A stretch of 64,000 nucleotides of DNA from an uncultured Gammaproteobacteria bacterium (GTDB lineage Bacteria; Patescibacteriota; Microgenomatia; Daviesbacterales; UBA10151). The stretch spans positions 2,969-66,968 of the forward strand of contig CAZYPW010000002.1 of assembly GCA_964649615.1 (NCBI GenBank), written 5' to 3'. A program made the position numbers and the translations under genes. Positions 60,690-64,000 of this stretch are shown here, one piece after another (the stretch's first letter is position 1; each line of letters starts with the position of its first letter). Under the pieces are notes generated by a model. The model ran no database searches and was not told where the DNA came from. It was given only the letters and a program-made list of their open reading frames with translations.

Positions 60690-61225
60690 GTAGTTTCTCT
60701 TTTGTATCTGACAAAATTCTCCAATCGAATTTGGATATGTCATTTGCCCATATTGTAGATTTGCTTGCCCTTTCAGAATCTGATCAATATAAAGGCAAAA
60801 ATCTTCTTGTCAGTAGCTTAAGAAAGACAATAATTATTCATACGGCTTCAATTATTGAGGCCCTTTTATTATGGAAATTTAAACAAGTTTGCAAAACAGA
60901 CAAAGTTGAATTGGATAACGAATGGCGATATTTTAATATAAAAATAATTTATCCAATAAACAATTCAGAAGAAGTTATTGCAGGACTTCGTAAAAAGGAA
61001 CAAAAAGATCTGGATCGCCTTGATTTTGTACGAATAACAGATTTATGTCAAAAATATAAGATAATCAAGTCAAAAGAATTAAGAGAAGATATAGATAAAG
61101 TAAGAGAGCTTAGAAACAGGATGCATATAGGAGGTTTGTCAGAGTTAGAAAAAGAATACAATAGAAGTGATTTAGAATTTTGTTTTAACGTAGCTAAGAA
61201 AATTAAAAATCTATCCTCAAAATAA
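60686..61225 (+). CDS. HEPN-like helical protein
   Basis: ASIIEALL and RELRNRMH. Confidence 0.5.
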   Translation: MSSFSFVSDKILQSNLDMSFAHIVDLLALSESDQYKGKNLLVSSLRKTIIIHTASIIEALLLWKFKQVCKTDKVELDNEWRYFNIKIIYPINNSEEVIAGLRKKEQKDLDRLDFVRITDLCQKYKIIKSKELREDIDKVRELRNRMHIGGLSELEKEYNRSDLEFCFNVAKKIKNLSSK

Positions 61226-61281
61226 TGAAAACATAAAATTATAAAGACAGCGATTTTTTCCAGAAAGGTTTTGTAGCGAAT

Positions 61282-61302
61282 CCCTTCGACAAGCTCAGGA
61301 CT
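61282..61302. repeat. REP-like CCCTTCGACAAGCTCAGG motif
   Basis: Related to the reverse complement of repeat A (CCCTTCGATTAAACTCAGGG). Confidence 0.55.
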
Positions 61303-61440
61303 GAGCGACTGATCGACAACGAATGCGTCAACTTGTTTGTTAGCGGTGGGAGTACAAATTTAGGTGGGGTACGAGATGGAGCTGGGCGCCGACAATATAT
61401 GCGTCTATGAATGCAGCGGTGGCAATTCCTTTTCCCCTTG

Positions 61441-61512
61441 AGCCGGTGGACAGAATCGGACTGTCGGTCCACACTTTACGAAAGTGTTGCTTTACCACTA
61501 AGCTACACCGGC
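61441..61512 (-). tRNA. tRNA-Thr(CGT)
   Basis: Acceptor stem GCCGGTG/CACCGGC, anticodon arm ACACT-TTCGTAA-AGTGT, T-loop TCCGATT. Confidence 0.92.
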
Positions 61513-61541
61513 ACTATGTATCTTTATGACCTATAGTTGTG

Positions 61542-61612
61542 AGCGGGATACCAGAATCGGACTGGCTTCTCCACCTTGGGAAGGTGGCATACTACCGGTG
61601 TACTAATCCCGC
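61542..61612 (-). tRNA. tRNA-Gly(CCC)
   Basis: Acceptor stem GCGGGAT/ATCCCGC, anticodon arm CCACC-TTCCCAA-GGTGG, T-loop TCCGATT. Confidence 0.92.
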
Positions 61613-61643
61613 AAAATTAATTTCTTAAATCCATTTCCACCTT

Positions 61644-61741
61644 TATAAACTTCCGCGATTTGTAAGTCCGCGGTTTTCTTAAAAGTTTACAAGAAACTGC
61701 AGAAAACCTTAACTCAGTATACCACCTATCCCGCGGAAGAC
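61644..61741. repeat. ~98-bp structured intergenic repeat, copy 2
   Basis: About 93% identical to 19853-19951. Confidence 0.9.
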
Positions 61742-61743
61742 TG

Positions 61744-61800
61744 TAATCACTTTAGCATTCATCCCCGTTTTAAGAAAACGGGGTTTTCTGCTAGTGATTA
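61744..61800. mobile_element. IS200/IS605-like end hairpin, no transposase
   Basis: ATTCATCCCCGTTTT-AAG-AAAACGGGGTTTTCT nested within TAATCACT/AGTGATTA. Confidence 0.5.
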
Positions 61801-62030
61801 TAAGATTTGATTTGTTTTTCTCTCCTAATTACCTCAAGTGATTCCGTATATTCTTCTATATATATTACTTCCCAAATTCCTTTTTGTATTGAAACTGGAC
61901 AGCATTTAAGCTTTAATTCAATATATAACTTAATATACCAATCGTACTGAAAAATGCAAAAGATTAATGTACGATTGGACTGTAACTAACAATAAATTAT
62001 TTGTAAACTAATGTATGTTAGTTATAAATT

Positions 62031-63551
62031 ATGTTAAAGCATCTAAAATTATCTTACTTGCTAATTGTTTTTTTAATTCTCTTAATTTCTTTATTTTTAA
62101 GATTTTATAATCTTCCGCAATCTTTTGTTTTTGCTGGAGATGAAGAATATCAGGCAACTTTGGCCCAAACTATAGTTTCAGATTTTCATATTATCTGGGT
62201 AGGAGTTAATGCAGCCCATCTGGGTTTTTATCTTGGCCCTTATTGGACTTACTTTACTGCCTTTTGGTTGTGGTTATCAAATGGTAATCCGCTTATAACA
62301 GGTTTCATTTCCTCAATTATAGGAGTTTCCACCACTTTACTGATTATTTATACAGGCTCTACTCTTTTTAATCAAAAAATTGGCATTATAGCAGGATTAC
62401 TTTATGCTACTCTCCCTTTAATGATCTATTTTGACCAAAAATATTGGAATCCAACCCTAGTCCCCTTTTTATCTTTACTAGTATTGCTGTCTTTATATAA
62501 ACTTAAACAAAATCCTAATTGGGCAATACTACTTGCTTTAGCAGGTGGTTTAATTTTTCACACTCATTTATCTTTAGTCCCTCTTTTATTTTTAATTCCT
62601 TTTTGGATTAAGTCAAAAAAAATTAAATTGCCTAAAAAAAGTTTTATTCTGTCTTTAATTATCTTTTTAATTATGCTTTTCCCTCTGATTGCTTTTGATT
62701 ACTTTCATAAAGGATCCAATATCACCACACCCTTGAGATTTAATGAAATATCTTCAAATCCTGTTAATAAAGTTAATCCCACTCATCACTTCCAAGCTTT
62801 ATTTCAAAGTATGGGCAGGATTTGGTACCTAAAACCTTTTGGCAATAATTCAGATGAGGTCATAACTTCTTGTACATCTGTCTCCCGTCTTGATGCATTA
62901 AATATAGTTGATAAAATCTCCAAAAGAACCACTCCTCCTTTTCTTTTATCTTTATTTGGAATAGGGATCTTAATTATATTTTTATTTCATAAATTAACCT
63001 GGCACCAGAGCAACACCAGATTACTGGCTTTATTTATACTTTCAATTATTTTTTTCTTTTTACTTTTTCCAGGAGCAGCTTTTGAATATTATCTTTTGGG
63101 AATATTTCCCTTAATTTTATTTTTACCTGGGATACTTATGGAATATTTTAATAAACTCAAGTATCCTTTAATTTTGGCTGTAATAACTGCATCTACCTTG
63201 GGGGTTTTTACAATTCTTACCAATAATCCTGAATTTGGCCTAGAGGTAAAAAAATCCCTAATTCAGAAAACTCTATCTGTCATTGATGATGAAACATTTG
63301 AGCTAAAACAAACTGGCATTTGCCACTTCTATGAGGGTTGGAGGTATTTATTTGTGATAAATGGCAAAATACCCCAAAAAAGTGATAGCGACCTGGGCTT
63401 AGGCTGGTTATATCCAACAGAAGTGAGTACAGAAACTGCTAAATATTCTATTGTTTTATCAGAAGAAAGGGCTCCTCTAAACTTTGATATATCCTTGGCG
63501 ACTATAATTCCTTCAGGGGGCTTTAAGGCATATATTTTTAAAAATCACTGA
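62031..63551 (+). CDS. ArnT/PMT-like (GT39/GT83) membrane glycosyltransferase
   Basis: FLRFYNL..FAGDE, YLGP, WNP and many TM segments. Confidence 0.8.
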   Translation: MLKHLKLSYLLIVFLILLISLFLRFYNLPQSFVFAGDEEYQATLAQTIVSDFHIIWVGVNAAHLGFYLGPYWTYFTAFWLWLSNGNPLITGFISSIIGVSTTLLIIYTGSTLFNQKIGIIAGLLYATLPLMIYFDQKYWNPTLVPFLSLLVLLSLYKLKQNPNWAILLALAGGLIFHTHLSLVPLLFLIPFWIKSKKIKLPKKSFILSLIIFLIMLFPLIAFDYFHKGSNITTPLRFNEISSNPVNKVNPTHHFQALFQSMGRIWYLKPFGNNSDEVITSCTSVSRLDALNIVDKISKRTTPPFLLSLFGIGILIIFLFHKLTWHQSNTRLLALFILSIIFFFLLFPGAAFEYYLLGIFPLILFLPGILMEYFNKLKYPLILAVITASTLGVFTILTNNPEFGLEVKKSLIQKTLSVIDDETFELKQTGICHFYEGWRYLFVINGKIPQKSDSDLGLGWLYPTEVSTETAKYSIVLSEERAPLNFDISLATIIPSGGFKAYIFKNH

Positions 63552-63573
63552 TCTGGTATGGTAAAATCAAGCT

Positions 63574-64000
63574 ATGGCATATAAGCGGAGAAATGTTAGA
63601 AAAATTGCCTCAAAAAGCAAAAGAAATTTAGTAGTTACCCTAGTCCTTGTTTTAATAATTATTTATGCCACTATATCTTGGATCTTTCCTTGGTTTGTTG
63701 AGGGCATTGGTTCTATCAAAAACTTAATAAATCCCCCAAAAACTATCAGTAATAATATAGAGGATTCATCTTTAGCCCCACCAGTTTTAAATATTCCCTA
63801 TGAATCAACCAATAGTTCAATTATTAATATCTTAGGTTATGCTACTTATGGTACGGCAGTAAAGCTGTATGTGGATGAGCAGTTACAAGACACTGTTGAT
63901 ACTAAAGATGATGGCACATTTATAATAGAAGGGGTGAATTTAGCCATTGGAATAAATAATATTTATGGAAAAACTTCTGACGGAGAAAAGACAAGTTTAC
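63574..64000 (+). CDS. Membrane-anchored Ig-like protein, partial (runs off the window)
   Basis: MAYKRRN, TM segment, LAPPVLNIPYESTN..DDGTF; open to the window end. Confidence 0.7.
   Translation, partial: MAYKRRNVRKIASKSKRNLVVTLVLVLIIIYATISWIFPWFVEGIGSIKNLINPPKTISNNIEDSSLAPPVLNIPYESTNSSIINILGYATYGTAVKLYVDEQLQDTVDTKDDGTFIIEGVNLAIGINNIYGKTSDGEKTSL

Noticed and set aside
2310-61472. Many short antisense or alternate-frame ORFs (e.g. 2310-2498, 16532-16855, 34170-34514, 46756-47211, 60142-60387, 61239-61472)
   Set aside because: They are shadows of well-supported genes, pseudogenes or tRNAs and show no motifs.
1-64000. Alternative genetic code (TGA read-through)
   Set aside because: Conserved genes are full length under code 11 and several end in TGA.

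Overview
This is an AT-rich window from a small-genome bacterium. Gene content and signals point to Patescibacteria/CPR, Microgenomates-like (inference). From left to right it contains seven parts. (1) 1-14040: a 14-gene biosynthetic/modification cluster abutting the 3' end of tRNA-Glu. It encodes an SbnA/SbnB diaminopropionate pair, QueC, a variant racemase, two glycosyltransferases, a carbamoyltransferase, two methyltransferases, an SHMT-like enzyme, a kinase, a hydrolase, a BpsA-like aminopropyltransferase and a KsgA/Erm-like methylase. (2) 14.2-26.8 kb: housekeeping genes (rplS, dnaE, gatCAB, htpX, lemA, polX). (3) 26.9-39.7 kb: an element integrated at tRNA-Asp. Its large serine recombinase appears to be split by its own att site, and two homologous orphan C-terminal coding segments lie at 37822-37914 and 39594-39680. 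It also carries a rep gene with iterons, an XRE regulator, a TerS-like gene and a lone ftsA. (4) LysM and TMTC-like genes. (5) 42.1-52.6 kb: a copper/thiol-redox island with visible CsoR and BlaI-type operators. (6) 52.6-61.4 kb: a variable region with ORFans, TA pairs, DUF3800, fabD, pseudogenes and interleaved repeats. (7) tRNA-Thr, tRNA-Gly and a glycosyltransferase. A ~98-bp structured repeat occurs twice, and many genes look leaderless. All calls come from reading motifs by eye; no searches were run.
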